NCBI GenBank assembly: GCA_963808235.1
Contig: CAWEEQ010000004.1
Location: forward strand, 320,001 to 384,000
DNA: 64,000 nt
Direction of reading: 5' to 3'
Source of the DNA: an uncultured delta proteobacterium
GTDB taxonomy: Bacteria; Desulfobacterota; Binatia; Binatales; Binataceae
The translations under genes and the position numbers were made by a program. Positions 39,191 through 48,722 of this stretch are shown here, one piece after another. The notes under the pieces were generated by a model. It had not been told where the DNA came from, did not search any database, and was given only the letters and a program-made list of their open reading frames with translations. The stretch's first letter is position 1; every line of letters starts with the position of its first letter.

Positions 39191-40360
39191 CTAGCTCTTG
39201 TCGTCGCGCTTCAGGGGCCGCGGTATTTGCACGATGAACTCCGAGCCCGTGCCCGCGCCTTCGCTATGCGCCTCGATCGTAGCGCCGTGCATCTCAACCA
39301 GATTTTTCACGACGGTCAGGCCGAGACCGAGCCCCGTACGGCGCGCCCCCGAAGGAACCTCGCCCTGGTAAAAGGTATCGAAGATTTGCGCGAGCTCCTC
39401 AGCTTTGATTCCTGATCCGGTGTCGCGAACGCTCATGACGATGCTGTCCGGCTCCTCAAAGATCCGCCAGACGATGTTGCCGCCTTCGGGCGTGAACTTG
39501 ACCGCGTTGGCCATGAGATTGGTTGCCACCTGGCAGAGTCTCTCCCGATCGACGCGGACGTTAACCGGGTCCGGCGGAAAATTCATTTCCACATTCAACG
39601 CCTTCGCGTTCAGCTCCGGCAGGTTCGACTCGACCCCATGCCGCACGCAGTCTCGCAGATCGACCGTCGAAGGTTTAAGCGTGACCTTGCCAAATCGGAT
39701 CGAATTCAGGTCGAGCAGCTCTTCGATAAGAAAACTCTGCTGGCGGGTCTGACGCTCGATCATCTGCAGTGCCCGCAGTTGCTGATCGTTGGGATTGGTC
39801 GCGTGCAGGCGTTGCAGGCCGAACAGGATCGGCTGGATCTGATTGCGAAGCTCATGCGACAGCATCCCCAGGAATCGCTCGCGCTGAACTTCCATGCTTG
39901 CTACTTTGACGGCCGACTCGTCCCGCTCCTTCTCGGTTTCCTGAACAAGTTGTTCGACCGAACATCTGGCGCAAAGATCCAGAACGTCCATAATAATTTT
40001 CTGTCCCTCGGCCTGCACGGCTTCTTCGACGCCCTTGGACGCGTCGCGCAACACCCCCAGGAATACGCGCCGGAAGATCGTCAACTCCCACATCACGTCC
40101 ATCACGGTGTAGCCGTCAATTCGCCGCTGATGGCCATGGCGGCGGCATGCCTCTGAGATTCGCGATGAATCTTCGCCCCGCAAAACCGCGATCATTGCCT
40201 CGGTAATGGCGGGTATATGATCGGTCAGCTCCCGGTCATTGAGCGCGGCCAGACGTTTTGCTTGTTCGGATTCCCGCTTGGCGGCAGTGCGCCATCGTTT
40301 CAGGATTTGGTTTTCGTGCTTTTCGAGATAATCAGCGACATACGCAGTTTTTGAGGGCAT
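39191..40360 (-). CDS. Cytoplasmic histidine kinase with RsbRD_N-like (globin-like) N-terminal domain
   Basis: HG.QR..GY....V..E input motif; SHELRN H-box, NLMANAVKFT, DTGSGI, GLGLGL. Confidence 0.88.
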   Translation of the reverse strand: MPSKTAYVADYLEKHENQILKRWRTAAKRESEQAKRLAALNDRELTDHIPAITEAMIAVLRGEDSSRISEACRRHGHQRRIDGYTVMDVMWELTIFRRVFLGVLRDASKGVEEAVQAEGQKIIMDVLDLCARCSVEQLVQETEKERDESAVKVASMEVQRERFLGMLSHELRNQIQPILFGLQRLHATNPNDQQLRALQMIERQTRQQSFLIEELLDLNSIRFGKVTLKPSTVDLRDCVRHGVESNLPELNAKALNVEMNFPPDPVNVRVDRERLCQVATNLMANAVKFTPEGGNIVWRIFEEPDSIVMSVRDTGSGIKAEELAQIFDTFYQGEVPSGARRTGLGLGLTVVKNLVEMHGATIEAHSEGAGTGSEFIVQIPRPLKRDDKS

Positions 40361-40458
40361 TATGCACGTTCTGAGTCATGGGACTTCGCGGTATGAAAAA
40401 AACCCTCCCCGGGCGAAATTCGACTGGCAGCTCCCTGTTTTTCCACCAGCGGTAATCG

Positions 40459-40830
40459 CTAGCGGTAGTGGTCGATGATCTCCATCAATCGGTCAATTTT
40501 CACCGGCTTGCGCAGATATTCGTCGATTCCTTCCAGCGGCTCGGCCGGTTGATTGCTCCCCGATACCACCACGACTGGAATGTCGCGAAGGATCGGATCC
40601 GAGGCACGACGTCTCAAAAACTCCCGACCGTCCAGCACCGGCATAGACAGATCCAGCACCACCACGCACGGGAATCGCGGCGTCTTCTTCAAAACGTCAA
40701 GCGCGATCTGGCCGTTCTCGGCCTCCAGCACTTGATAGCCGTTCGCATCGAGCAACTCGGACAATGTCTCGCGGATATCCTCGTCGTCGTCGACGAGGAG
40801 CACCGCTTCTTGCTCGATTGCGTGCTCCAT
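40459..40830 (-). CDS. Stand-alone response regulator receiver
   Basis: LLVDDD, LDLSMPVLDG, VVSG, KP. Confidence 0.92.
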   Translation of the reverse strand: MEHAIEQEAVLLVDDDEDIRETLSELLDANGYQVLEAENGQIALDVLKKTPRFPCVVVLDLSMPVLDGREFLRRRASDPILRDIPVVVVSGSNQPAEPLEGIDEYLRKPVKIDRLMEIIDHYR

Positions 40831-41196
40831 TTCGCAAAGCCTCCAAGGTGATGATTAAGCAATTATCAAGCCGGAAAATTCGCGTGCCTTTTACTAGGTG
40901 TTCGCTGATTTTCACACGGATAATTACCCTCTCCGATACAGACCAGCGCAGGTGGGCGAGGAAAAATCGAATTGAGTCGAACCGTCCTCATTTACGCGAA
41001 GTTCTTGTTAATCAGTGACCCGAACGCGCGATTTGATTTGCAATATCAATCTCAACCGCGCTATTCGTTCTACCTCAAGAATTCGTCATCAATTCAATAG
41101 AGGGGTCATAGTTCCATGCGACGTTATTTAGCTAGTCGACGGCGCCTCATGCAGTGCGGTTCGTCTCGAGTTCGTTAAACGAGACTGTTTAAGCTT

Positions 41197-42729
41197 TTGG
41201 ACACAGAATCTCAATTTGATGCGGTCATTGTCGGGGCGGGACCTGCTGGTCTTACCGCCGGCTACGAACTCGCACGCAACGGGCATCGTGTGGTCGTCCT
41301 GGAGCAGGACGCTCAATACGTCGGCGGGCTCGCGCGCACGATCCAATATCAAGGCTTCCGATTCGACATCGGCGGTCATCGCTTCTTCTCCAAGAATCAG
41401 GAGATCGATTCCTTGTGGACCGAGTGGATGGGCGAGCGGATGCGCCTTCGCTCGCGGCTTTCGCGAATCCACTATCGAAACAAATTTTTCAAATATCCGC
41501 TCGAGCCGTTCAACGCATTTCGAAAGCTCGGTCCGCTCGAAGCGATCTCTTGCATGGTCAGCTATCTCCGCGCGAATCGCAGCGGGGCGGAGCCGCGAAG
41601 CTTCGAAGACTGGGTGGTTCGCGCATTCGGGCGCCGCCTATACGAAACCTTCTTCCGCAGCTACACGGAAAAAGTCTGGGGAGTTCCCTGTTCCGAGATT
41701 AGCGCTGATTGGGCTGCGCAGCGGATCAGAGGATTATCGCTCCTCTCGCTGATGCGAACTCTGCTGCCCGCCAGGGCGCGCGGCAAAGCGGTGGTGAAGA
41801 CTCTGACCGAGCATTTCCGCTATCCGCCCCACGGCCCAGGCGAAGTATGGGAAAGGGTCGCCGGCATCATCAAGGGCAAACGCGGCGAAGTGCGCATGGG
41901 CGAGCGGGTGATCTCTATAGCCTGCAATGCGGGGCGCACAACTTCGATCACCACCGAGAGCCTTTGCGGCCGTCGCACTTACGTGGCGGATCATTTCATC
42001 TCCACGATGCCACTCGCGCAATTGGTATCCGCGCTCGATCCTGCTCCGCCCGATAGCATTGTCGCGAGCGCGTCGGGTCTCCGTTATCGGGCTTTCATAA
42101 CTGTCGCGTTGATCCTCGACCAGGCGGACGTCTTCCCCGACAACTGGATCTACATTCACGATCCTGACGTGAAGGTCGCGCGTATCCAGAACTTCAAGAA
42201 CTGGAGCGCCGAGATGGTTCCCGATCCGCGCTTGACGATGCTTGGTCTCGAATATTTCTGCTCGGAGCGTGACGCGCTGTGGTCGGCCTCTGATGAACAG
42301 CTAATCGCAATCGCCCGCAAGGAAGTCGCGTCGCTTGGGCTTGCAGAGAGTTCCAAAGTGATCGATGGGACGGTTGTTCGCCAGGGCAAGGCGTATCCGA
42401 TGTACGATCACGAGTATCGCGCCAACGTGGCCCGAGTGCGTGCCTTCCTCAAGCCGGCCGCCGGCAACCTGCACGTCGCGGGCCGGAACGGGATGCATAA
42501 GTACAACAATCAGGATCATGCGATGCTCACCGGGCTCATGGCGGCGCGAAATATAATGGGCGGCTGCTTCGATCCATGGCGGGTCAATTCGGACGCAGAG
42601 TACCTCGAAGAAGAAGAGGGGAATGAGGAGTCGAACGGCCGCATGCTGCCGACTCCAATCGACGCGACGCCGCTGGAGGCTCCCGATCTTTCAGCGCTCG
42701 ATCTGACGCCTTCCGCGCGCGACTCCTGA
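41197..42729 (+). CDS. FAD-dependent oxidoreductase (amine oxidase/HemY/UDP-galactopyranose mutase-like)
   Basis: GAGPAG, FDIGGHRFFSK, YTEKVWG, WAAQRI, KAYP.Y, GRNGMHKYNNQDH. Confidence 0.85.
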   Translation: MDTESQFDAVIVGAGPAGLTAGYELARNGHRVVVLEQDAQYVGGLARTIQYQGFRFDIGGHRFFSKNQEIDSLWTEWMGERMRLRSRLSRIHYRNKFFKYPLEPFNAFRKLGPLEAISCMVSYLRANRSGAEPRSFEDWVVRAFGRRLYETFFRSYTEKVWGVPCSEISADWAAQRIRGLSLLSLMRTLLPARARGKAVVKTLTEHFRYPPHGPGEVWERVAGIIKGKRGEVRMGERVISIACNAGRTTSITTESLCGRRTYVADHFISTMPLAQLVSALDPAPPDSIVASASGLRYRAFITVALILDQADVFPDNWIYIHDPDVKVARIQNFKNWSAEMVPDPRLTMLGLEYFCSERDALWSASDEQLIAIARKEVASLGLAESSKVIDGTVVRQGKAYPMYDHEYRANVARVRAFLKPAAGNLHVAGRNGMHKYNNQDHAMLTGLMAARNIMGGCFDPWRVNSDAEYLEEEEGNEESNGRMLPTPIDATPLEAPDLSALDLTPSARDS

Positions 42730-42749
42730 GCGAGTAGCGCTCCTATTCG

Positions 42750-43802
42750 ATGTCCTTGGCTAGCAGCATGGCTGAACCCCGCGCCACGCCGGATGAACTG
42801 AGCGTCGCTATCGTCATTCCAGCTCGTAACGCCGGGGCGACGCTTCCTCGGAGCCTGGAAGCCTTGCTGGCGCAGATTTCCGGCGATGACGAAGTTATCG
42901 TCGTGGATGATTATTCCACCGACGATACCAGCGAAGTCGCCGCCCGATTCAACGTGAAGGTGCTCAAGCTGCCTCGGCACATGGGAACCTCGGCCGCGCG
43001 CAACCGCGGCGCCGAAGAGACCCGCGCTCCGCTGCTGTTCTTCTACGACGCCGATGTTGTACTTGCGCCCGGAGCGCTCGCCTACGCGAAGGCGACCATG
43101 GGGCGGCGTCCGGAAGTGGGTGCGATGTTCGGTTCCTATGACGACGATCCGGACGCGCTGACCACGGTTAGCCGTTTCAAAAATCTCGCCCATCATCACT
43201 TTCACCAGCGTTCGAACGTGGAAGCGAGCACGTTCTGGGGTGGATGCGGCCTCGTCCGGCGCGATCTGTTCGTAGCGGCAGGCGGCTTTGACGATGAACG
43301 GCGCGAGATGGAAGACGTCGAACTCGGCTATCGATTGATCGGGCGTGGGGTCCGAATCGTCCTCGATCCGGAGCTCCAGGTAAAACATTTGAAGAAATGG
43401 ACGCTGAGATCTCTCGTCACGACGGACGTATTCATCCGCGCAATCCCGTGGACGTTGCTATGGTTGGAGCGCGGGACGATGCCCAACGATCTGAACCTCG
43501 CAACCGATCAGCGACTGGCCGCGATGATCGCATGTGCACTGGCTATAGCCATTCCCACCGCCATATTTTTGCACCAGGTCTTGTTAGTAGTCGCGCTATT
43601 ACTCATCGCAGCCTTCTGGCTCAATCGGGATCTGTATGGTTTATTTTTCAGAAGGGCAGGGCTCTGGTTCGCCGTCAAGGGATTCTTACTACAGCAGCTA
43701 TACTACTTGTATTCTACTTTCAGCCTCGCCACCGGCATCGCCATATACTACTCACGGTCGTTCAGGCGGCGTCTTGAAGCTGCACCAAAGCGAACCGAGT
43801 GA
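42750..43802 (+). CDS. Glycosyltransferase family 2 with C-terminal TM helices
   Basis: IVIPARN, VVDD.STD, ARNRG, YDAD, EDVELGYR. Confidence 0.92.
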   Translation: MSLASSMAEPRATPDELSVAIVIPARNAGATLPRSLEALLAQISGDDEVIVVDDYSTDDTSEVAARFNVKVLKLPRHMGTSAARNRGAEETRAPLLFFYDADVVLAPGALAYAKATMGRRPEVGAMFGSYDDDPDALTTVSRFKNLAHHHFHQRSNVEASTFWGGCGLVRRDLFVAAGGFDDERREMEDVELGYRLIGRGVRIVLDPELQVKHLKKWTLRSLVTTDVFIRAIPWTLLWLERGTMPNDLNLATDQRLAAMIACALAIAIPTAIFLHQVLLVVALLLIAAFWLNRDLYGLFFRRAGLWFAVKGFLLQQLYYLYSTFSLATGIAIYYSRSFRRRLEAAPKRTE

Positions 43803-43803
43803 C

Positions 43804-44877
43804 TTGGCGCCTGCCGCGCACAAAATAGCGATCATAGGATTCGGCCGGCTCGCGCAAGGTTACTACGCGTTCGCACTTCGGAGCCTTTCCACCGCCGAGG
43901 TAGTCGCGGTCGCCGATTCGTTGCCTGCCTCCAGCGCCGCCGCTGCGGCCGCCTTTCCAGACGCGCGCACCTATCCCGATTATCATGACCTCTTCGAACG
44001 GGAGCGCGATCGCCTCGATGCGATACTGGTGGCCTCGCCGCCGTCGACTCATCTCGCCATCTGGAACGAAGCCGCACGGCGCCGATTGCCGGTCTTCATG
44101 GAAAAACCGTTCATCGTGCCCGGCGAATTGGAGCGAGTCGAAACTTCACCCGCGTCGCGTTCGCTATTGATGCTGAACTTGAACCGGCGATTTTGGCCCG
44201 CCTATCGAAGCTTGCGCGAGCTCTGCTCGAGCGGACGAATCGGAATCGTGGAGCGAGCCGACTTCACCCTCCAGACTAATATCCAACCGTGGATCTCGGT
44301 CACCCGGCATCGGCTCTCTCCCGGTGAGGGCGGAGCGCTTTACGATCTCGGCAGCTCGGAGCTCGATCTCATCGAGTACGTGTTTGCGCAGAAAATCGCG
44401 GGTGTGCGCGCGCAATCCGAAACCATCGTATGGCCCGGCGATCGCCTTCGCCTCAGCGTCGAGCTCGAGCGCGGGCTTCGCGTGAGTTGCGAACTCGGCT
44501 ATGCTCGCGGCAATCGCGAAAGAATCGAGATCGTCGGGAGCAAAGCCACTGCGCGAATCGAGAATCCGAACGCAGCGGTGCATATCGAATCGCGCGGCTC
44601 GCGTAAGAGACCGGTCTCCGACTGGTTCAGCGATACGCTCGCATTTGGCTTGAAAGCGTTGAGCCCCGGACGCACAGTGCTTCGTTATACGATTCGAGCT
44701 TCGCTCGCTGCATTTTTCGACGCGCTCTCCGGCCGACAACCGTTTTCACCCGGCTTTGACGATGCGATCGCGAATGCAAACTGCCTCGAAGCCGCGGTCC
44801 GATCGATCCGCGAAGACAAATTCGTTGAGGTGAGCGCGCCTGGAAACTCAAAGTATGTCCGCCAACAACCAGCCTAA
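43804..44877 (+). CDS. Gfo/Idh/MocA family oxidoreductase (start approximate)
   Basis: IIGFG, ASPP..H, FMEKP, NRRF, GGALYDLG. Confidence 0.88.
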   Translation: MAPAAHKIAIIGFGRLAQGYYAFALRSLSTAEVVAVADSLPASSAAAAAAFPDARTYPDYHDLFERERDRLDAILVASPPSTHLAIWNEAARRRLPVFMEKPFIVPGELERVETSPASRSLLMLNLNRRFWPAYRSLRELCSSGRIGIVERADFTLQTNIQPWISVTRHRLSPGEGGALYDLGSSELDLIEYVFAQKIAGVRAQSETIVWPGDRLRLSVELERGLRVSCELGYARGNRERIEIVGSKATARIENPNAAVHIESRGSRKRPVSDWFSDTLAFGLKALSPGRTVLRYTIRASLAAFFDALSGRQPFSPGFDDAIANANCLEAAVRSIREDKFVEVSAPGNSKYVRQQPA

Positions 44878-46366
44878 AGTCGCGATGATCGGCTTCGATG
44901 CCGCCGAGTTCAGCTACATCCAGCAGTTCCTGCCGATGCTGCCGAACTTCAAACGCGCAATCAGTTGTGGACGGACGCGCAGACTCTCCTCTACCGCCGG
45001 CATGTTCCCCGGTTCCGTATGGCCGACATTTTACACCGCAAGTCTTCCCGGTGAGCACGGCATCCACCACTTGATGCAGTGGGATGCCGATGCGATGCGG
45101 CTGCGCAGAGTTTCAGACGCATGGCTCTACTGCGAACCGTTCTGGCGCGAACTCGAACGGCGCGGACTTCGCGTGATCGCTCTCAACGTCCCGATGACCT
45201 TCCCGCCGAGTGAGTGCGCCGGCGTCGAAGTCAGCAGTTGGGGCGCGCACGACCAGCTGAGTCTTTTTACCGCTTACCCCCGCGAACTTGGCCCCGAGAT
45301 CATGCGTCGATTCGGCGCGCATCCGATGGGAATCGAAGTCCCGGTCGAAAAGTCGCTAGGCGAACGAATGCGCGTCCGTGCCAATCTCGTCAACGGGGTG
45401 CGAATCAAGAGCGAGCTCACGCGCTGGTTGCTCACCTCTCGCCCATGGGATTTCTTCATCGCCGCCTTCGGCGAGTCTCATCGCGGGGGACACATACTCT
45501 GGCCCGACGGTCCCGATGGCGAGTCGAGCATTCCCGCAAGCGCCCTGCTCGACGTGTACCGCGCCCTCGACAACGCTCTCGGCGAAGTACTTGCCGCGCT
45601 CAACCTTGAGGAAACTACGGTGATCATCTTTGCATTGCACGGAATGGGCGCCAATCTTTCGCAGGAACATTTCGTGACTCCGTTGATGGACCGGGTGAAT
45701 GCGAAGTTCAGCCAACTGGAACCGGGCCTCTATCCGTCGGGCCGCTCGCCGCGCCAACTGAGCGTGATGCGTCTCCTGCGCGAGAACGTTCCGCCGTGGG
45801 TTCAAAGCAGAATCGCCAACCTGGTTCCCCAGCACGTCAGAGACGCCGTCGTCGACCGCTCATTCACCTCCGGCCGCGACTGGTCGCATACTCCCGGGCT
45901 GGCTCTCAGAGCGGACAACAACGGCTACCTCAGGTTTAATCTTGCCGGCCGCGAGCGGCTGGGGATGCTTGAGCCCGGCAGCGCGATCTTTGCGCGATAC
46001 TCCGATTTGGTGCGCGAGTCTTTCACCAGCCTGCGCACTCCCGACGGCAGACCGATGGTCAGGGACGTGTGCGTTTCGTCCGAGCATTTTCCAGGCCGGC
46101 GGGCGCCTCGCCTGCCCGACCTGATCGTGACCTGGACCGGTCTCGAGCCGGCATCGCGGGTCGATTCCGTGCTCGGCCCCATCGTCGCTGAACTCGACAC
46201 CGGGCGCGGCGGAAACCATCGTTCCGATGGATTTCAGATCGTGCTGAAGCCTGGAGTCGAACAGGCGGGCGAGGACCGGCCGCTCGCGATCGGGGAATTG
46301 GCGCCGATGATTCTCCGCAGCTTCAGCGAATCTCGATCAGGAGCCGGCAGCGTCGTTAGCGACTGA
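44855..46366 (+). CDS. Alkaline phosphatase superfamily (type I phosphodiesterase-like) protein
   Basis: IGFDAA, SVWPTFYT..HGI, HRGGH, ALHGM, LPD, GNHRSDG. Confidence 0.8.
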   Translation: MSANNQPKVAMIGFDAAEFSYIQQFLPMLPNFKRAISCGRTRRLSSTAGMFPGSVWPTFYTASLPGEHGIHHLMQWDADAMRLRRVSDAWLYCEPFWRELERRGLRVIALNVPMTFPPSECAGVEVSSWGAHDQLSLFTAYPRELGPEIMRRFGAHPMGIEVPVEKSLGERMRVRANLVNGVRIKSELTRWLLTSRPWDFFIAAFGESHRGGHILWPDGPDGESSIPASALLDVYRALDNALGEVLAALNLEETTVIIFALHGMGANLSQEHFVTPLMDRVNAKFSQLEPGLYPSGRSPRQLSVMRLLRENVPPWVQSRIANLVPQHVRDAVVDRSFTSGRDWSHTPGLALRADNNGYLRFNLAGRERLGMLEPGSAIFARYSDLVRESFTSLRTPDGRPMVRDVCVSSEHFPGRRAPRLPDLIVTWTGLEPASRVDSVLGPIVAELDTGRGGNHRSDGFQIVLKPGVEQAGEDRPLAIGELAPMILRSFSESRSGAGSVVSD

Positions 46367-47034
46367 CCGCTCTGGCGGAGGCGGAAAACATGGCAGCGTG
46401 CGAGTTACCGCATAATGATAATCGCGCCCGCTCCAGTTGAAGGTTCCCGTGGTCTTTCCGAAATTGGTGGTCAGGTTGGCGAGTTTGTCGGCTTCCGCTT
46501 CAGAAATGGATTGCGCGGGCGCATACGCCAGGAAGTTGCTGTCCGACTCGGGGATCGCGCCGGCCAGCGGCGGCGAAAAATTCATCTGCAGAAAATTGAC
46601 CGCTGGATGCCATCCACTGGCGGCATTGTTGTCGGTGGTTACCGGCGCCCACTGCGCATCATCGCTCGAATCGACCAGCGCCAGTTCGCGATACTCCGGC
46701 GCGCCTGAGGTGTCCTTGCGAAGCTCGATCACCCCAGGTGCATCGGCCGCGAGTTGATCGCAGCTGTCTCCGCTCTCCATTAAACTTTCTCTCTCACGAG
46801 CCTCGGCGCGCGCGAGGTCCTCGTCTTTGTGGGTCTCCATCGCCACGGCTTCCGCCGCCCCAACCGTGACCTGGGCGACACCCGAGCCGACATCCTCCGC
46901 GGCGCTGATCGCATACGGCGCCAACTGCGCCGCCAGCATCCAGCATCCGGTAGTGAAAGTCGCAACCGCACCCGCAAACAGCACGAGCAGCGCCGACGCG
47001 AAATTTAACCTGCGGTAATGGATATAGCCCCCAC
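46337..47034 (-). CDS. Hypothetical lipoprotein (start probably obscured by a G-run indel)
   Basis: The frame extends upstream of 46984 as YIHYRRLNFASALLVLFAGAVATFTTG-C (lipobox); GAGG followed by an out-of-frame GTG in GTGGGGGC at ~47027-47034. Confidence 0.6.
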
Positions 47035-47175
47035 AACGATCCTCGCAACTTCCGATATTGTTCGGCTGCGCGGTAACGCGTTCCCTCGGCCATCAATAGC
47101 CTACCAGAAAGTCCGAAAGATAACTGCAAGGAGACGAGCCCGCTTTGGCCTTGTCTGACATGGCAGCGTCGGGAC

Positions 47176-47291
47176 AAAAAATGGCCGGGCTACGAGTGGG
47201 GACCGCGGGTGGGGGACCAACGGTTCATGTAGCCCGGCCTGGCTTGGGGACAGGCGCTGTTGGTCTCGGGGGAGGAGATTGTCAGCGCTGA
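47176..47291 (-). ncRNA. Candidate sigma54-dependent small RNA with C-rich motifs
   Basis: Sigma54 motif 12 nt upstream; stem-loop with a CUCCCCC loop; GGCCGGGCTAC/GTAGCCCGGCC stem followed by AU6. Confidence 0.65.
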
Positions 47292-47301
47292 GACTAAGAT
47301 G

Positions 47302-47318
47302 AGCAAACAATGTGCCGA
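47302..47318 (-). promoter_or_regulatory. Sigma54 (-24/-12) promoter
   Basis: TCGGCACATTGTTTGCT, exact GG-N10-GC spacing. Confidence 0.7.
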
Positions 47319-47438
47319 CAAAAATGGCCACCAAAGCAAGCATTTGTCGATCCGGTATTTTTCTCGTTTTGCAATCAGAGCAGTCCGCACGCCTCCGAAC
47401 TGTGCTTCTTTCCACGAGAACATGATGATTTTGCAAGT

Positions 47439-47477
47439 TGCGAGACAAGTCGCACTCGCGCCTCATTCGTGAGACGC
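47439..47477. promoter_or_regulatory. Paired palindromes, candidate enhancer-binding-protein sites
   Basis: TGCGA-gacaag-TCGCA (47439-47454) and GCGcCTCA-ttcg-TGAGaCGC (47458-47477), about 150-185 nt upstream of the predicted start. Confidence 0.45.
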
Positions 47478-47762
47478 ATGCCCCCGGATGCATCCAACCG
47501 ACTGCGGCCAACGGCAGCTCTCGTGATGCGTCGTCATATAATGTCCGCGAGGCACATCTCACTGACTCGCGATCGCACCGCGTCTTCAACCCGACCACCC
47601 GCGCGAAACGAATCGCAAATCATTCGTCGTCGCGAAATTCGACTCGACCGATTCAGTTCATCTGATGCGGTTCGTCGCGAATCGTCTGACGACGCGAGAC
47701 TTTCACGCCGATTTTTCGCTTCGGTTGAGAGCCCAGCGTCCCTGTGTTAATTCCTATGGGCT

Positions 47763-47836
47763 CGGGGCGTAGCGCAGCTTGGTAGCGCACCTGCCTTGGG
47801 AGCAGGGGGTCGGCCGTTCAAATCGGCTCGCCCCGA
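47763..47836 (+). tRNA. tRNA-Pro(TGG)
   Basis: Acceptor CGGGGCG/CGCCCCG, anticodon arm CCTGC-CTTGGGA-GCAGG, TTCAAAT T-loop; CCA not encoded. Confidence 0.95.
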
Positions 47837-47838
47837 TC

Positions 47839-47915
<77 letters not shown>

Positions 47916-47976
47916 CGGTACCGACGGCTTTAAGATTGAAGACTGGCCGATCCCGAATTGGAATAGAGCGATGGGT

Positions 47977-48053
47977 GGTGAGTGTAGCTCAGTTGGCAGA
48001 GCATCGGATTGTGGCTCCGGCGGTCGAGGGTTCAAATCCCTTCACTCACCCCA
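47977..48053 (+). tRNA. tRNA-His(GTG)
   Basis: G-1, GTGAGTG/CACTCAC, TCGGA-TTGTGGC-TCCGG, C discriminator, CCA. Confidence 0.95.
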
Positions 48054-48089
48054 AAACATCCTGCTACGTAAGGTTGGCATTGACACGGT

Positions 48090-48165
<76 letters not shown>

Positions 48166-48214
48166 AATCCCCGATCGGCGCGCGCTTCACTAGCACCTGG
48201 CGAATCGAAAAGGT

Positions 48215-48640
48215 TCAAGCGCTCCAGCGCCATTGTGCGAGGAGAGCCCCGATCGCGACGGCGCACCCAATGGAGCCGGCCGAAATCAACGTCCGAGCAG
48301 TATTCTCCTGCCATTGCTTCGCGACCACACCGGCGCCGGCGATCGGCAATGATTTGCCCGTCCCATAAACCGCGCCGAACACCAGGCCGAGCCACAGTAC
48401 GTACAGCGAAATCCACATCGTATGCGCTATTACCGTCGCCCATCCGATGGAAATCTTCAGATGTAGCAACAACAGGCCAAACGCGATAAGCCCAAGGCCG
48501 CTCTCGATCGCCGCAAGATGCGCGGACAGGCCGATTCGGGGGCTGCGGAATCCGGGAATGCCAAATCCGGTCAGCAGGCCGAGCAGGAACAGCAGCGCGC
48601 CCATGAAACTCAGAGTCGATGAGACCTCTTCCATTTGCAT
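48215..48640 (-). CDS. Hydroxylaminobenzene mutase HabB-like membrane protein
   Basis: G..LFLLGLLTGF..P....PRIGLSAHL and G.G..LPIA..G....WQE resemble HabB as I recall it; four TM helices. Confidence 0.65.
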   Translation of the reverse strand: MQMEEVSSTLSFMGALLFLLGLLTGFGIPGFRSPRIGLSAHLAAIESGLGLIAFGLLLLHLKISIGWATVIAHTMWISLYVLWLGLVFGAVYGTGKSLPIAGAGVVAKQWQENTARTLISAGSIGCAVAIGALLAQWRWSA

Positions 48641-48651
48641 CCTCCGATGTT

Positions 48652-48703
48652 ACAGACTTACGGTCGGTATATGTCATACTTATCGACCAAGAGTCGGTTT
48701 GTC
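48652..48703. promoter_or_regulatory. Paired operator-like sites between the divergent habB-like and tetR genes
   Basis: AGAC-ttacg-GTCG and CGAC-caaga-GTCG, arranged as an imperfect inverted repeat. Confidence 0.5.
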
Positions 48704-48722
48704 AAGCGCAGAATGAAAAACG

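Noticed and set aside
41033-41049. TTGAT..ATCAA as an FNR/Crp box
   Set aside because: The spacer is 7 nt rather than 4; it may bind another regulator but I cannot support that
47176-47291. Reading the element on the + strand as a CsrA/Rsm-binding RNA (GGA motifs)
   Set aside because: The U-tract and the sigma54 promoter both point to the minus strand
47101-47750. Several short ORFs in the region upstream of the tRNAs
   Set aside because: No motifs or RBS support; the promoter, hairpins and terminator fit a non-coding RNA better
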